From a bacterium (GTDB lineage Bacteria > RBG-13-61-14 > DATKZS01), in NCBI GenBank assembly GCA_046484135.1, contig JAWOBU010000167.1:1-28442 (forward strand): 28,442 bases of DNA. Direction: 5' to 3'. The notes below the pieces were generated by a model. It made no database searches, was not told where the DNA came from, and saw only the letters and a program-made list of their open reading frames with translations. A program made the position numbers and the translations under genes. Below are positions 17,022 to 25,784 of the stretch, piece by piece (position 1 is the first letter of the stretch; each line of letters begins with the position of its first letter).

Positions 17022-17030
17022 ATTATAGCA
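17022..17030 (-). promoter_or_regulatory. putative extended -10 promoter for pilZ-priA
   Basis: Minus strand TGCTATAAT (TGnTATAAT) 17 nt upstream of the PilZ ATG. Confidence 0.5.
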
Positions 17031-17049
17031 GGAAGCCCTGCCGAATGCA

Positions 17050-17592
17050 TCAGCCGGTTTCTGCGCTTTTCTCCATATAGAGCTCGACGTGGGCCACTCC
17101 CTGGTTTATTTCTATTCTGGAGGAGAAGCCGCTTCTCTGGATCAAGTGGAACACCCGCCTGTTGCCGGCGTCTATGTCCGCGACGAACTTTTTCACTCCA
17201 TGCCCGCGGGCCAGCTCGTAAAGGAATCGCAGCATGCCGCTGCCCACTCCCCGGTTCTGGTACTCGTCCCGGACCACGATGGCTATCTCTCCGCTCTCGC
17301 CCTGCTCATACCTCACAAAGTTGAGAAGGCCGATGACGTTTTCCCCCTCGAGGGCCACCAGGGAAACGATACCCGGCGGCCTGTGGATCATAAGCCGGTC
17401 CAGGTAGCGAAGGGGGACCCGGACGCCAGGCGACAAGAAGCGGGTGTAAAGCGTGTCCGAGGAACAGGAGCGAAACATGTCCTCCAACGCCGCCCGGTCG
17501 TCGTCCCGGACCGGCCGGACAACTATATTTTTGCCGTCCTTGCTCTCGAACTCGTACGCGGCGACGCTCGTTTGTCCGGACTCGGAAGCCAA
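17050..17592 (-). CDS. GNAT-family N-acetyltransferase
   Basis: S.DTLYTRF, EIAIVVRDEYQNRGVG (motif A), GN.RVF..I...GF; TTG start with purine-rich RBS. Confidence 0.87.
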   Translation of the reverse strand: MASESGQTSVAAYEFESKDGKNIVVRPVRDDDRAALEDMFRSCSSDTLYTRFLSPGVRVPLRYLDRLMIHRPPGIVSLVALEGENVIGLLNFVRYEQGESGEIAIVVRDEYQNRGVGSGMLRFLYELARGHGVKKFVADIDAGNRRVFHLIQRSGFSSRIEINQGVAHVELYMEKSAETG

Positions 17593-17643
17593 CCGGGGTT
17601 CCTCTCCTCCTTTTTCTGAATAGTCGTCCGCAGCCTTTTCATC

Positions 17644-17672
17644 AGGATATAGGCGGGGTTAAAAAGGGTCAA
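17644..17672 (-). promoter_or_regulatory. putative sigma-70 promoter for the GNAT gene
   Basis: Minus strand TTGACC-N17-TATCCT. Confidence 0.45.
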
Positions 17673-17711
17673 GCACAAAGGCGGACCGGGCGCAGAGCTG
17701 AATTAAACGGC

Positions 17712-17740
17712 TTGAATAGTTCATGTTAACGTGATAAGCT
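17712..17740 (+). promoter_or_regulatory. putative sigma-70 promoter for the receiver gene
   Basis: TTGAAT-N17-TAAGCT with TG extension, divergent from the GNAT promoter. Confidence 0.45.
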
Positions 17741-17842
17741 GTGTAAGCCGTATGGGAGGTAGATGAGCACGGTTTCGCCATGGGAGGGCTTTCGGGCGCC
17801 ATTCACTGTGCGCCGGCCGCAAGGTTCCGGGAGTATAACAAG

Positions 17843-18226
17843 ATGTCGCGTAAGATTCTAATAGCCGATGATAATAAGCTGCTGCTCGCCATGAGCAGGG
17901 AGGCCCTGGAACAGGCCGGCTTCGAGGTCACAACCGTGGACACCAGCATCCAGGTCTATAAAACGGTGCTGGAAGAGAAACCCGACATAGTACTTCTCGA
18001 TATTATGATGCCGGGGATTGACGGGATCGAAATCTGCCGGAACTTAAAGAAGAGCCCGGTTACTCAGAACACGGTCATAATCATCCATTCCGGCAAAACC
18101 GACATGGCGCTGATGGACCTTTGTTTCGAGGTGGGCGCCGAAGCCTTCATCATAAAAGGCGACGACATCGAGGCCATGGTAAACAAGGTCCGGGAGATAG
18201 CCGGAGAAAAGCTGGGAAGCTCCTGA
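17843..18226 (+). CDS. single-domain response regulator (CheY-like receiver)
   Basis: KILIADD, PDIVLLDIMMPGIDG, GAEAFIIK; start reassigned to ATG 17843 with GGGAG upstream. Confidence 0.92.
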   Translation: MSRKILIADDNKLLLAMSREALEQAGFEVTTVDTSIQVYKTVLEEKPDIVLLDIMMPGIDGIEICRNLKKSPVTQNTVIIIHSGKTDMALMDLCFEVGAEAFIIKGDDIEAMVNKVREIAGEKLGSS

Positions 18227-18240
18227 AGGGGACATAACAT

Positions 18241-18262
18241 GTGCGAGCGATTTTAATCGCGA
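18241..18262 (+). repeat. 22-bp REP-like element
   Basis: GTGCGAGCGATTTTAATCGCGA with perfect stem GCGATT/AATCGC; followed by an overlapping degenerate inverted copy to about 18278. Confidence 0.75.
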
Positions 18263-18328
18263 CTTCCATTCACTCGCTCAGTCTTCAGCACTTTTCGCCG
18301 GCCGGACTGCCCGGGACCGTCGGCTTTT

Positions 18329-18655
18329 GTGAATCTTCGGAGGAGAAAGCGTATCTTGGAGTGCTCCTTCTGCGGAAAAGAAGTAAAGCCGACCATCCAC
18401 CGCCGGGAGGGCAAGCCTCCCTACGAGGTAGGCTACTATATTATGCTCACCGGGACCCTGCACGAGCGGGTCCTGAAAAGCGCCGGCGATGACACCGACT
18501 ATTTCCAGTACTATCATGTCAGCGATCCGCAGTGGATCATAACCTGTGTTGACTGCTTTCAGAAAGAAGAAGTCAGGGACAAGCTCCACGAGTATTTCAC
18601 CTATCTTCCCGAAGACACTGAACCGGAAAGCGACCCGGAAACCGAGACAGGATAG
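18329..18655 (+). CDS. hypothetical protein with two CxxC motifs (putative Zn finger)
   Basis: CSFC...CVDC, aromatic-rich middle, acidic tail; fills the gap between genes; GTG start uncertain. Confidence 0.65.
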   Translation: MNLRRRKRILECSFCGKEVKPTIHRREGKPPYEVGYYIMLTGTLHERVLKSAGDDTDYFQYYHVSDPQWIITCVDCFQKEEVRDKLHEYFTYLPEDTEPESDPETETG

Positions 18656-18659
18656 ACCT

Positions 18660-19292
18660 GTGAGCGGGGACAGCGAAACCCTCCATCTACCTCTTCCTCC
18701 GCATACCATTAGCCCTGCCGCCCTTTTCTCCGAATGGGTCCCTTGGCACAAGGAGGCGCTCGCAAAAGTACTCCGGGTTTGTGCGCCCCGCATTTACGGG
18801 CATCTCTGCTTTGTCGTCTCCGGCAGCGAAGCAGGAAACCGGACACTTTCGTGGGACGGGGAAGAGCTTTCCTCTTCCGAAGGTTTCCGGTATGACGCCG
18901 CGGTTACTTTTATCTTTTCCGCGGATATGTTCCGGCAGGCGCTCAAGGCTTTGCGGGAAGTTTGCCGGAAGGATGAGCTCTATTTTTCGCCGGAAAAGCT
19001 CTCCGGCCTGGCTGACAGAGTAAGCGCGGCTTTTCGAAAGCTGGAAGAGACAGGCGGCGTCATGAGGCTCGAAATCAACGACCCGCAAGAGCCCCTTCTT
19101 TTTGATGTGAAGCTGGGCGGCCTTCTCGGGTTCGAGCCGGACGTGGTTATAAGCATGGAGCGGTGCGACTTGGCCGCACTCAAGGAAGGCCGGGCTACAC
19201 CAGCCGGCCTGGCGGAAAAGGAAAGGATAAAAGTAAAAGGTGACCCGCAACTGTTTCTGCAAATTGCCCTCATATTCCTGCAAGAAGAATAG
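18660..19292 (+). CDS. SCP2 sterol/lipid-carrier domain protein
   Basis: C-terminal PDVVISM...DL.AL..G...P.......RIKVKGD pattern; a degenerate second repeat may lie N-terminally; GTG start 4 nt after the upstream stop. Confidence 0.65.
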   Translation: MSGDSETLHLPLPPHTISPAALFSEWVPWHKEALAKVLRVCAPRIYGHLCFVVSGSEAGNRTLSWDGEELSSSEGFRYDAAVTFIFSADMFRQALKALREVCRKDELYFSPEKLSGLADRVSAAFRKLEETGGVMRLEINDPQEPLLFDVKLGGLLGFEPDVVISMERCDLAALKEGRATPAGLAEKERIKVKGDPQLFLQIALIFLQEE

Positions 19293-19322
19293 CTCTGTCA
19301 TAAGCTCGGTTGTGAAAAACTC

Positions 19323-19344
19323 GTGCGAGCGACTTTAGTCGCGA
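19323..19344 (+). repeat. 22-bp REP-like element (consensus-like copy)
   Basis: GTGCGAGCGACTTTAGTCGCGA with perfect stem GCGACT/AGTCGC, between convergent genes. Confidence 0.78.
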
Positions 19345-19405
19345 CCAAGCCGGCCTGCAGGAACAGTTTACTTTCCGCAAGCGGCATGGAACGCTTTACA
19401 GAGTC

Positions 19406-20386
19406 CTACTTCCCGTCTTTCTTTTCTTTTAGTTTGCGCGTCAGCACCGGCAGGAACTCGTGCAGGTCTTTTGTCACTCCCAGGTGTGCGATGTTGAAGA
19501 TAGGTGCTTTGGGGTCTTTGTTTACAGCGACGATGAGATCGGATTCCTTCATGCCGGTGGTGTGCTGGACGGCTCCGGAGATACCGAGCGCGAGGTAGAG
19601 CTTGGGTCTCACTGTCTGGCCGGTCTGTCCCACCTGATGTTCGAGAGGAAGCCAGCCTGCGTCCACCACTGGCCGGGAGGCGCCTACCGCGCCCCTGTCA
19701 AAACAAGCGGCCAGCTCCTTGACTGCGTCCAGGTGCTCGGGTCCGCCCAGGCCGCGGCCTGCCGCAACTATGACCTCGGCGCGGCCCAGGTCCAGCTCGC
19801 CTTTGGCCCGGCGGAAGAGGCCCAGGTTCCGGCTCGCCGGTTTTTCAAGCCGCGGCACATACGTCTGTACTTCTCCCGCCCCTGCCGCCTCTTCCGGCTT
19901 AGCGGCTCCCGGCATCACTGTAACAACCCGGCTTTTGTCCAAAGCAGGCTTCACCACCACTTTCAGCTTGCCGCCGCATATCCGGCGGCAAAGTCCTTCC
20001 GGGTCATCCGGCTGAAAGCCGGTAACCGCGGTCGAGCAAGACGCTCCTGCCCGCACCGCCAGGCGGGGCGCAAAGTCCCAGCCGGTGGCGGTATGAGGAA
20101 TGAGCACCCGGCAGGCGCCTCTCTCCTGCATGAGCAGGTGGAGCGCACGTACCCAGGCGTCCGCGTTATATGGCTCCAGGTACTCGTGCTCTACCGAGAC
20201 CACGGGAAGGCCGGTCTCTTTTGCTAACTTTTCGGGAGCATTACCGGCGGGGGCCTGGAGCACCACCGCGTAAACCGGGGCATCCAGCGCTTGGCCCCAC
20301 TGCTTGGCAAAAGCGGCGACCTCGAAGGAGACCGGGTCAAAAACATCCGCGCCCGGCAACGCCACCGACAGGATTTCTTCGGCCAT
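19406..20386 (-). CDS. etfA: electron transfer flavoprotein alpha subunit
   Basis: VIVAAGRG, VGASRPVVDAGW, QVGQTG.TV.PKLYLALGISGAVQH..GM, AVNKD..APIF; start ATG 20386. Confidence 0.95.
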   Translation of the reverse strand: MAEEILSVALPGADVFDPVSFEVAAFAKQWGQALDAPVYAVVLQAPAGNAPEKLAKETGLPVVSVEHEYLEPYNADAWVRALHLLMQERGACRVLIPHTATGWDFAPRLAVRAGASCSTAVTGFQPDDPEGLCRRICGGKLKVVVKPALDKSRVVTVMPGAAKPEEAAGAGEVQTYVPRLEKPASRNLGLFRRAKGELDLGRAEVIVAAGRGLGGPEHLDAVKELAACFDRGAVGASRPVVDAGWLPLEHQVGQTGQTVRPKLYLALGISGAVQHTTGMKESDLIVAVNKDPKAPIFNIAHLGVTKDLHEFLPVLTRKLKEKKDGK

Positions 20387-20397
20387 GGCAGTCCTCG

Positions 20398-21186
20398 CTA
20401 AAGCAAGCCGGTCCGAGCGCGGATGCGCTCGATCATCTCGGAAGAGACCTCTTCCGCGTCGCCTTCCAAAAGCTCGCACCGGCCGGTGGACTCGGGGTAG
20501 TCTACGCGGACCAGGCGCTCTGCCGGCCCGCCCGAGTAAAGCTCGGGAGCGGGTATGACCGGGATGTTCATCTCCTTCACCCGGAGGACGTTGGTCAGGC
20601 TTGCATAGCGCGGCGTGTTGATTCCGGACTGCACGGTTATGACCGCGGGAAGGTCGAGCTCGACCTTTTCCGTGAGACCTCCTTCCTGCTCCCGCTCGCA
20701 GATGGCGGTGCGGGCGCCCTCCGGTCCGGTGTCCCCCAACTCCAGCGACACCACGGTAGTGGCGCACGGGAGGGAAAGGAGCTCGGCCAGCATGGGACCG
20801 GTCTGGGCCTGCATCAGGTCCTCTGACATGACTCCGCAGAGCAGAAGATCGAATTCCTGGTTTTTCGCATAAGAAGATATGAGGGAAGCAGTGGTAAAAG
20901 CGTCGCGGGCCGGCCGCTCCGAGTCGTCTATCAAGACGCCCTGGTCCGCGCCCAAGGCCATGGCTTTCCGGAGCATGTCATGCCGCTCGGGAGGTCCTGC
21001 CATCACTCCGGTGATATGAACGTCTCCAAGACTTTCGCGCACTCGTATTGCCTCTTCCATGGCGTAGAGGTCGTACTCGTTCACCTGGTACTTTAGAGAG
21101 CCCTCGTCATAAAAGTCGCCTTCCTTGTTGATGCAAAAGCTCGACTCGGGCAGGGGCACTGCTTTAACGCATACCAGGAGTTTCAT
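20398..21186 (-). CDS. etfB: electron transfer flavoprotein beta subunit
   Basis: MKLLVCVKAVP, NEYDLYAMEEA, A.A.GAD, LPAVITV...INTPRY; GGAGG RBS before ATG 21186. Confidence 0.94.
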   Translation of the reverse strand: MKLLVCVKAVPLPESSFCINKEGDFYDEGSLKYQVNEYDLYAMEEAIRVRESLGDVHITGVMAGPPERHDMLRKAMALGADQGVLIDDSERPARDAFTTASLISSYAKNQEFDLLLCGVMSEDLMQAQTGPMLAELLSLPCATTVVSLELGDTGPEGARTAICEREQEGGLTEKVELDLPAVITVQSGINTPRYASLTNVLRVKEMNIPVIPAPELYSGGPAERLVRVDYPESTGRCELLEGDAEEVSSEMIERIRARTGLL

Positions 21187-21249
21187 GAACAACCTCCGCC
21201 AGCCAGTATAAGCAGGTACCCCCGCAGGGGTCAATCATGTTTTTGAGGA

Positions 21250-22287
21250 TCACCTTTTGTTGGGCGCGGCTTTTTCCAGCTCCATGAAGATTTTGCCGTT
21301 TCTGAAGATTCTTACCATGCCGGTGCTTTCGGATATGGCGATGGCGGTGGCGTTGGTTACCGAGGTTATTCCTGCTGCTGCTGCGTGTCTTGCCCCCAGT
21401 CCCTGCGGCAGGTTCTCGTTTTCGAGTGAGGCGTTCAGGTGTCTTCCGGAGGACATGATGACTCCGTCGTCGCGGACGATGAAGGCGCCGTCAATGGATG
21501 CGAACTCCTTGATGGTCTCGTGGAGGGTGGGGTCAAGTATGTTTCTTTCTTCCTCCGGGTATCCGTGGAAGGGGTTGAAGACCATCTGCCTGGATAGCTG
21601 CATGACCTTGTCGGTGTCGCCGAGCACGAAGATGGCCCCCACCGGCTTCCCTTCCCTGCCCTGGTTGGCCAGCTCGGAGGATATGGTAACCAGCTCCTCG
21701 AAGACCTCGGTGCGCACCTGGGTGGAGATATTGGATATCTCCTGCGAGCCCAGAAGCTCGAACTCCTTGCCGATGTCCAACACCAGCATGGCGTCCAGGA
21801 CAGACATACTGCGGCTGCCGGTTACGCACACGATCTTGTCGCCATGCGAGAGCATGTGGGCGGACAGGCTCCGCATGTCCGCCATCTTGATCTTGCCGAG
21901 CCGGGTGAGCTGAAGGGTGGGCATAGGCAGCATGGACTTGTACTGCTTTTTCAAGTCATCGTCAATGAGCTTGGCGGGCACGGCCAGGACAAAGTCCTTG
22001 CGCTTCAGGATCTTTTCCGGAATCTTGCACTGGCCCGGCTCCTCCAGGATAAGAAAAAAAAGACGGGCGCCGATCCGCTCGGCAACCCTGCCGGCCGAGT
22101 CCAGGATGATCCGGTTCTGGGCCTCGTTGGCACGGGCTTCCGCCTGGCCGGGCTCCAACTGTTTCGGCTGTTTCTTGGCGGCGGACTTATCGGACCTGGC
22201 AGTGGTCTTTTCCGACTTGGACTTGGTGGTGGTTTTTTTATGCTGTTCCGATTCCGCCGTGCTTTTTTTGGAGTCGTCAGTGGTCAA
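21250..22287 (-). CDS. diadenylate cyclase (DisA_N/DAC domain), DacZ/CdaZ-like architecture
   Basis: GREGKPVGAIFV, E.ASIDGAF (DGA motif), GLGARHAAA, AISESTG; about 190-aa N-terminal region; no transmembrane segment; TTG start with GGAG RBS. Confidence 0.88.
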   Translation of the reverse strand: MTTDDSKKSTAESEQHKKTTTKSKSEKTTARSDKSAAKKQPKQLEPGQAEARANEAQNRIILDSAGRVAERIGARLFFLILEEPGQCKIPEKILKRKDFVLAVPAKLIDDDLKKQYKSMLPMPTLQLTRLGKIKMADMRSLSAHMLSHGDKIVCVTGSRSMSVLDAMLVLDIGKEFELLGSQEISNISTQVRTEVFEELVTISSELANQGREGKPVGAIFVLGDTDKVMQLSRQMVFNPFHGYPEEERNILDPTLHETIKEFASIDGAFIVRDDGVIMSSGRHLNASLENENLPQGLGARHAAAAGITSVTNATAIAISESTGMVRIFRNGKIFMELEKAAPNKR

Positions 22288-22387
22288 ATCAATTCACTCC
22301 AGTGGTTACGGCAAGGTTATGGCGTTTTAAAAAAAAGACATCCAGGCTATTAAAATACAGTTATTGGCGGCCACACGGGATCAATCA

Positions 22388-22413
22388 AAAAGGTGTGCCG
22401 GCGCCTTCCGGCA
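22388..22413 (-). terminator. terminator-like hairpin upstream of the DAC gene
   Basis: Minus strand TGCCGG-AAGGCG-CCGGCA followed by CACCTTTTTG. Confidence 0.4.
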
Positions 22414-22434
22414 ACTCTTCTCACTTTTTTATCT

Positions 22435-22463
22435 ATAATACCACCATTCATGGAAAAAAGCAA
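22435..22463 (-). promoter_or_regulatory. putative sigma-70 promoter for dac(-etfBA)
   Basis: Minus strand TTGCTT-N17-TATTAT with TG extension. Confidence 0.5.
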
Positions 22464-22667
22464 CTAAAATTCTGAAAATAATGTGTTTTTCCAGGGATGC
22501 TGACCTGAGCTTTTATTTGAGCAGAGGAAAACGGGGAGCAGGTTCCCAGCAAAAGCCCATTTAACCGGCCCGGTTCCCAAGGTATTTGCAAATCTTTTTC
22601 GCTGACTGGTCATTTATTTACGACTGCCCGGGCAGGAGCTTCTTTTCGATTCAGGGATTCCCCGTCA

Positions 22668-24149
22668 TCAGAAATTATTCTGGAACTGGAGCCCTTCTAT
22701 GAGCCTCGATGTCAGTGCTTCCATTTCCTGGTCAATCTGTTTTTTGAGCTTGAAGTCCTCGTTGTAGAGCCTGATGAGCCGATCCCGGAAGTACCTCCTT
22801 CCCTTCTGATCGCGGAAGTTGAGAGCGAGGAAGGAGTGATAGCGGAAGGCGTCCGCCCGAGGGTCGAACATTTGTTTGGCGGAGTCGTACACGGAGACCT
22901 GTTTCCTGAGGATCCTGGAGTCGAGCTGTCCCTGGTTTTCAATCTGCCCCCGCAGGAAGTCCATGACCTCCTTGTGGATGAGCTCGTAGAGAATGCGGGC
23001 GTCCGTGCCCTTTTTATGGCCGGCCAGTATCTCCATGAGGAGCTCGAAGTAGATGCCGGAGATTTTGTACTTAAGCCTTTTGCCGGTGCATTCGAGGAGC
23101 ACCGGGTATACGTCTTGGCCTTTCCCGGAGTAAGGACTGCTGCCGGAGCCGGAATGGAAGGACAGGAGGGCCCCGAAGTTCTGTGCAATGGCATGCAGGG
23201 ACCGGACGCGGTTTCTCAATGTGGTCAGATTGTCGGTGTAGTCCTCTCTTTTCTTGAAGCCGATATTGGGTGCCACAAAGTCGCAGTCGTGTCCCAGATG
23301 TTTCCACTCAGCGAGGTAGAAGTAAAGCTGGGCCGCAGGAGTGGGATTTTCGGTTTCGTCCATGGAGACCTCGAAGGAGAAGGGATGTTTCATCCTTTTT
23401 CTTATATCCTCGTAAATCCTGGCGTTTATCTCAATGCTTTTTTTGAACTTCAGGGCGGTCATCATGAGCCGCTCTTTGGTGAGCTCGATCCGGACGGGCT
23501 TTCCGTCCGCGGCCTTGAAGCGGAACCTGCCCACGTAGGTCTTCAACAGCCGGTCCTGCTCTTCCTTGGAGAAGGCGTTCTTGAAGGCCTTGGTCAGGGG
23601 CGATCCTTTCTTCTTTTCAATCTCTTCGTCGAACAGGTCGGAGGTATCAGTGGTGAACGCCCGGACCACGCCGGTATAGATGGCCTCGTCCAGGGCCTTC
23701 TGGTTATAGCGGATGGATTTTTCCAGTGCCGCGGGACCGACCAGGCGGGGGGTCTTCACCCCCTCGATACGTTTTACCGCCATGGCGGAGGACTCGGTAA
23801 TAATGAGATGATCGGCTTCCATTTCCACGGGCACCCCTGCGTTTCTTGCTGCGCGGGAGCCGTGGATCAGGTACTTCCTGATAGAGGTCCCGGTATGTCC
23901 GAGCGTTATCTCGTACCTTCCGGGAGGCGCCTGGATGATGGATTCAGGCGCGGTTTCCCTGCCAAAGCTGAGCATGAAGCCGGCGGCGCAGTTGTGCTTG
24001 TCCAACGAAGCCAGTACGCCGGGGAGAAACATCTCGGGAATCCGGATGCCCAAGGCCGGATGGTGGGTCCGCCCCAGTAGGTTGGCCCCCGGCCGGAGGC
24101 CGTTCAAGTTCTTTTCCGCTGTTTGTTTCTCGTCTGCCGCCACTTTCAT
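22668..24149 (-). CDS. tagaturonate/fructuronate epimerase (UxaE) family protein
   Basis: EADH, FEVSMDET..PT, FVAPNIGF.K..DY, LSFHSGS motifs; ATG 24149 with GGAGG RBS; next to a mannonate-oxidoreductase-like SDR. Confidence 0.7.
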   Translation of the reverse strand: MKVAADEKQTAEKNLNGLRPGANLLGRTHHPALGIRIPEMFLPGVLASLDKHNCAAGFMLSFGRETAPESIIQAPPGRYEITLGHTGTSIRKYLIHGSRAARNAGVPVEMEADHLIITESSAMAVKRIEGVKTPRLVGPAALEKSIRYNQKALDEAIYTGVVRAFTTDTSDLFDEEIEKKKGSPLTKAFKNAFSKEEQDRLLKTYVGRFRFKAADGKPVRIELTKERLMMTALKFKKSIEINARIYEDIRKRMKHPFSFEVSMDETENPTPAAQLYFYLAEWKHLGHDCDFVAPNIGFKKREDYTDNLTTLRNRVRSLHAIAQNFGALLSFHSGSGSSPYSGKGQDVYPVLLECTGKRLKYKISGIYFELLMEILAGHKKGTDARILYELIHKEVMDFLRGQIENQGQLDSRILRKQVSVYDSAKQMFDPRADAFRYHSFLALNFRDQKGRRYFRDRLIRLYNEDFKLKKQIDQEMEALTSRLIEGLQFQNNF

Positions 24150-24160
24150 ACCTCCGCTTT

Positions 24161-25006
24161 TCACACTCCGCTCCATGCGTTGAAACCCCCGTCCACCGGG
24201 ACCACCGTGCCGGTGATGAAACTGCTTTTCGGGTCCAAAAGCCACAGCAAGGTAGAAAGCAGGTCTTCGGCCTTGCCCAGCCGACCCGCAGGAGAATGGT
24301 CCAGGATGGTTTGCCCGCGATCGGTGTGTCCGCCGCTTTCCTTGTCTATGAGTAGAAAGTAGTTCTGGTTGGTAAGGAAAAATCCCGGAGCTATGGCGTT
24401 CACCCTGATGCGGGGGGTATAGTTCTGGGCCATATGCACGGCAAGCCACTGGGTAAAATTAGACACCGCGGCCTTGGCCGCGGAGTAGGCCGGAATCCGG
24501 CTCAAGGGACGAAAAGCGTTCATGGAGCTTAAGTTTATGATATTGGCCCGGCAATCTTCCGACTCCTGTACGGTCTCCAGGATGAGACGGCCGAGTACCT
24601 GGCTGGGAATTATGGTGCCCAGGCAGTTCAGGTTGAACACCTTGTGTACGGCCTCTGCCGGAAGGTCGAAAAAACTGACTTCGTCGGAAGTGGTAGCACC
24701 GGGATGGTTCCCGCCCGCACCGTTTATAAGAAGATGCAGCCCGGAAAACTCCTTTTTTATGATGCCGGCCGCATGCTCCACGCTCTCCCGCGAGGTTACG
24801 TCAGCGGCTATGCTCAGGGCAACGCCGCCTTGCGAGCGTATCTTTTCGGCCCGCGAAGACGCCGCTTCCTCGTTTATGTCCAGGATGGCAACATGGGCGC
24901 CCCGCTCCGCCAGGGATTCGGCCATGAAACCGCACAGCTCGCCGCCTCCGCCTGTGATCGCCGCTTTCCACCCTGTCATGCTTTGAGCTTGGAACTCCTC
25001 TTTCAT
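24161..25006 (-). CDS. SDR oxidoreductase, D-mannonate oxidoreductase / fructuronate reductase-like
   Basis: ITGGGG.L, LINGAGGNHP.ATT, SSMNAFRPLSRIPAYSAAKAAVSNFTQWLAVH, PVDGGF.A.SGV; start could be 25006 or 25033. Confidence 0.85.
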   Translation of the reverse strand: MKEEFQAQSMTGWKAAITGGGGELCGFMAESLAERGAHVAILDINEEAASSRAEKIRSQGGVALSIAADVTSRESVEHAAGIIKKEFSGLHLLINGAGGNHPGATTSDEVSFFDLPAEAVHKVFNLNCLGTIIPSQVLGRLILETVQESEDCRANIINLSSMNAFRPLSRIPAYSAAKAAVSNFTQWLAVHMAQNYTPRIRVNAIAPGFFLTNQNYFLLIDKESGGHTDRGQTILDHSPAGRLGKAEDLLSTLLWLLDPKSSFITGTVVPVDGGFNAWSGV

Positions 25007-25285
25007 CAATGCATTAACCCGCTTTCTTTCCATTTTACTTAAAGATTGCCTGAAAATCAAGGTTTTTTCCTTGTTCTATCAAGGGCCCTTCAGGGACAAC
25101 AATGCTTAAGACATTGTTTTAAAACACGAAATTAAATTACAATTTTTCGGATTTTCCGGGGAGCCAAGGGGGTATCTTTAATCAGCGCGGAATAAAAAAA
25201 GGGTTGTAAAGGATATTGATTCGCAATTCCCGCTTTTACCTTGCGTCTCGGCGTGAAATAAGATCTGATTTGAGACAAAAGCCTG

Positions 25286-25314
25286 TTGCAGTAACTCTTC
25301 AGATGTCTTATGAT
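25286..25314 (+). promoter_or_regulatory. putative sigma-70 promoter
   Basis: TTGCAG-N17-TATGAT, about 35 nt upstream of the receiver gene. Confidence 0.45.
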
Positions 25315-25349
25315 TAACAGGAGCCGTAGCAGAAAAGGGGATGCGATCC

Positions 25350-25724
25350 ATGAAACGGATTCTTTTTGTTGACGACAGTCCTACAGTGGTGGAAGCGGCC
25401 TATGACGAGCTGGAAGACAAGGGCTACGTGGTGGACGTGGCTTATAACGGCAAGAAGGCGTTAAAGCTGTTGGAGGAGTGCGAGGGCGATCTTCCCCATC
25501 TTATTGTCATGGACATCGAGATGCCAAAGATGAAAGGAGACGAGGCGGTCATCCGGATAAAACAGAACCCGGCCTGGCAGCACATCCCGGTCATAGCGCT
25601 TACCGCCCGTAAGCAGGACGTGGTGGGCGAGGCCGTGGACCTGTTCGAGGATTACCTCATAAAGCCGTTCGGGTTCGACAACATGCTGGAGACCATAGAA
25701 AAGATAATCGGTCCGCCCGATTGA
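25350..25724 (+). CDS. single-domain response regulator (CheY-like receiver)
   Basis: RILFVDDS, LIVMDIEMP, IPVIALTA, DYLIKPF; alternative start at 25341. Confidence 0.92.
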   Translation: MKRILFVDDSPTVVEAAYDELEDKGYVVDVAYNGKKALKLLEECEGDLPHLIVMDIEMPKMKGDEAVIRIKQNPAWQHIPVIALTARKQDVVGEAVDLFEDYLIKPFGFDNMLETIEKIIGPPD

Positions 25725-25784
25725 ATCCGAGACATTCAAGGAACACTTAAAAGCGGCAAAATTTTGCGAAAGGAGAAAGATACC

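Noticed and set aside
17763..17861. 32-codon upstream ORF after GGAGG in the receiver-gene leader
   Set aside because: RBS-to-ATG spacing is only 3 nt and the peptide has no recognisable features.
20387..20767. Long N-terminal extension of EtfA in the ORF track
   Set aside because: Off-frame overlap with etfB; ATG 20386 gives a normal-sized EtfA with GAGG upstream.
22490..22660. Short palindromes downstream of uxaE (for example CTGCCCGGGCAG) as a possible ncRNA
   Set aside because: No recognisable RNA family motif; short GC palindromes are expected by chance.
24150..24449. 100-aa extension of the UxaE-like ORF
   Set aside because: Overlaps the SDR gene; a GGAGG RBS supports ATG 24149.
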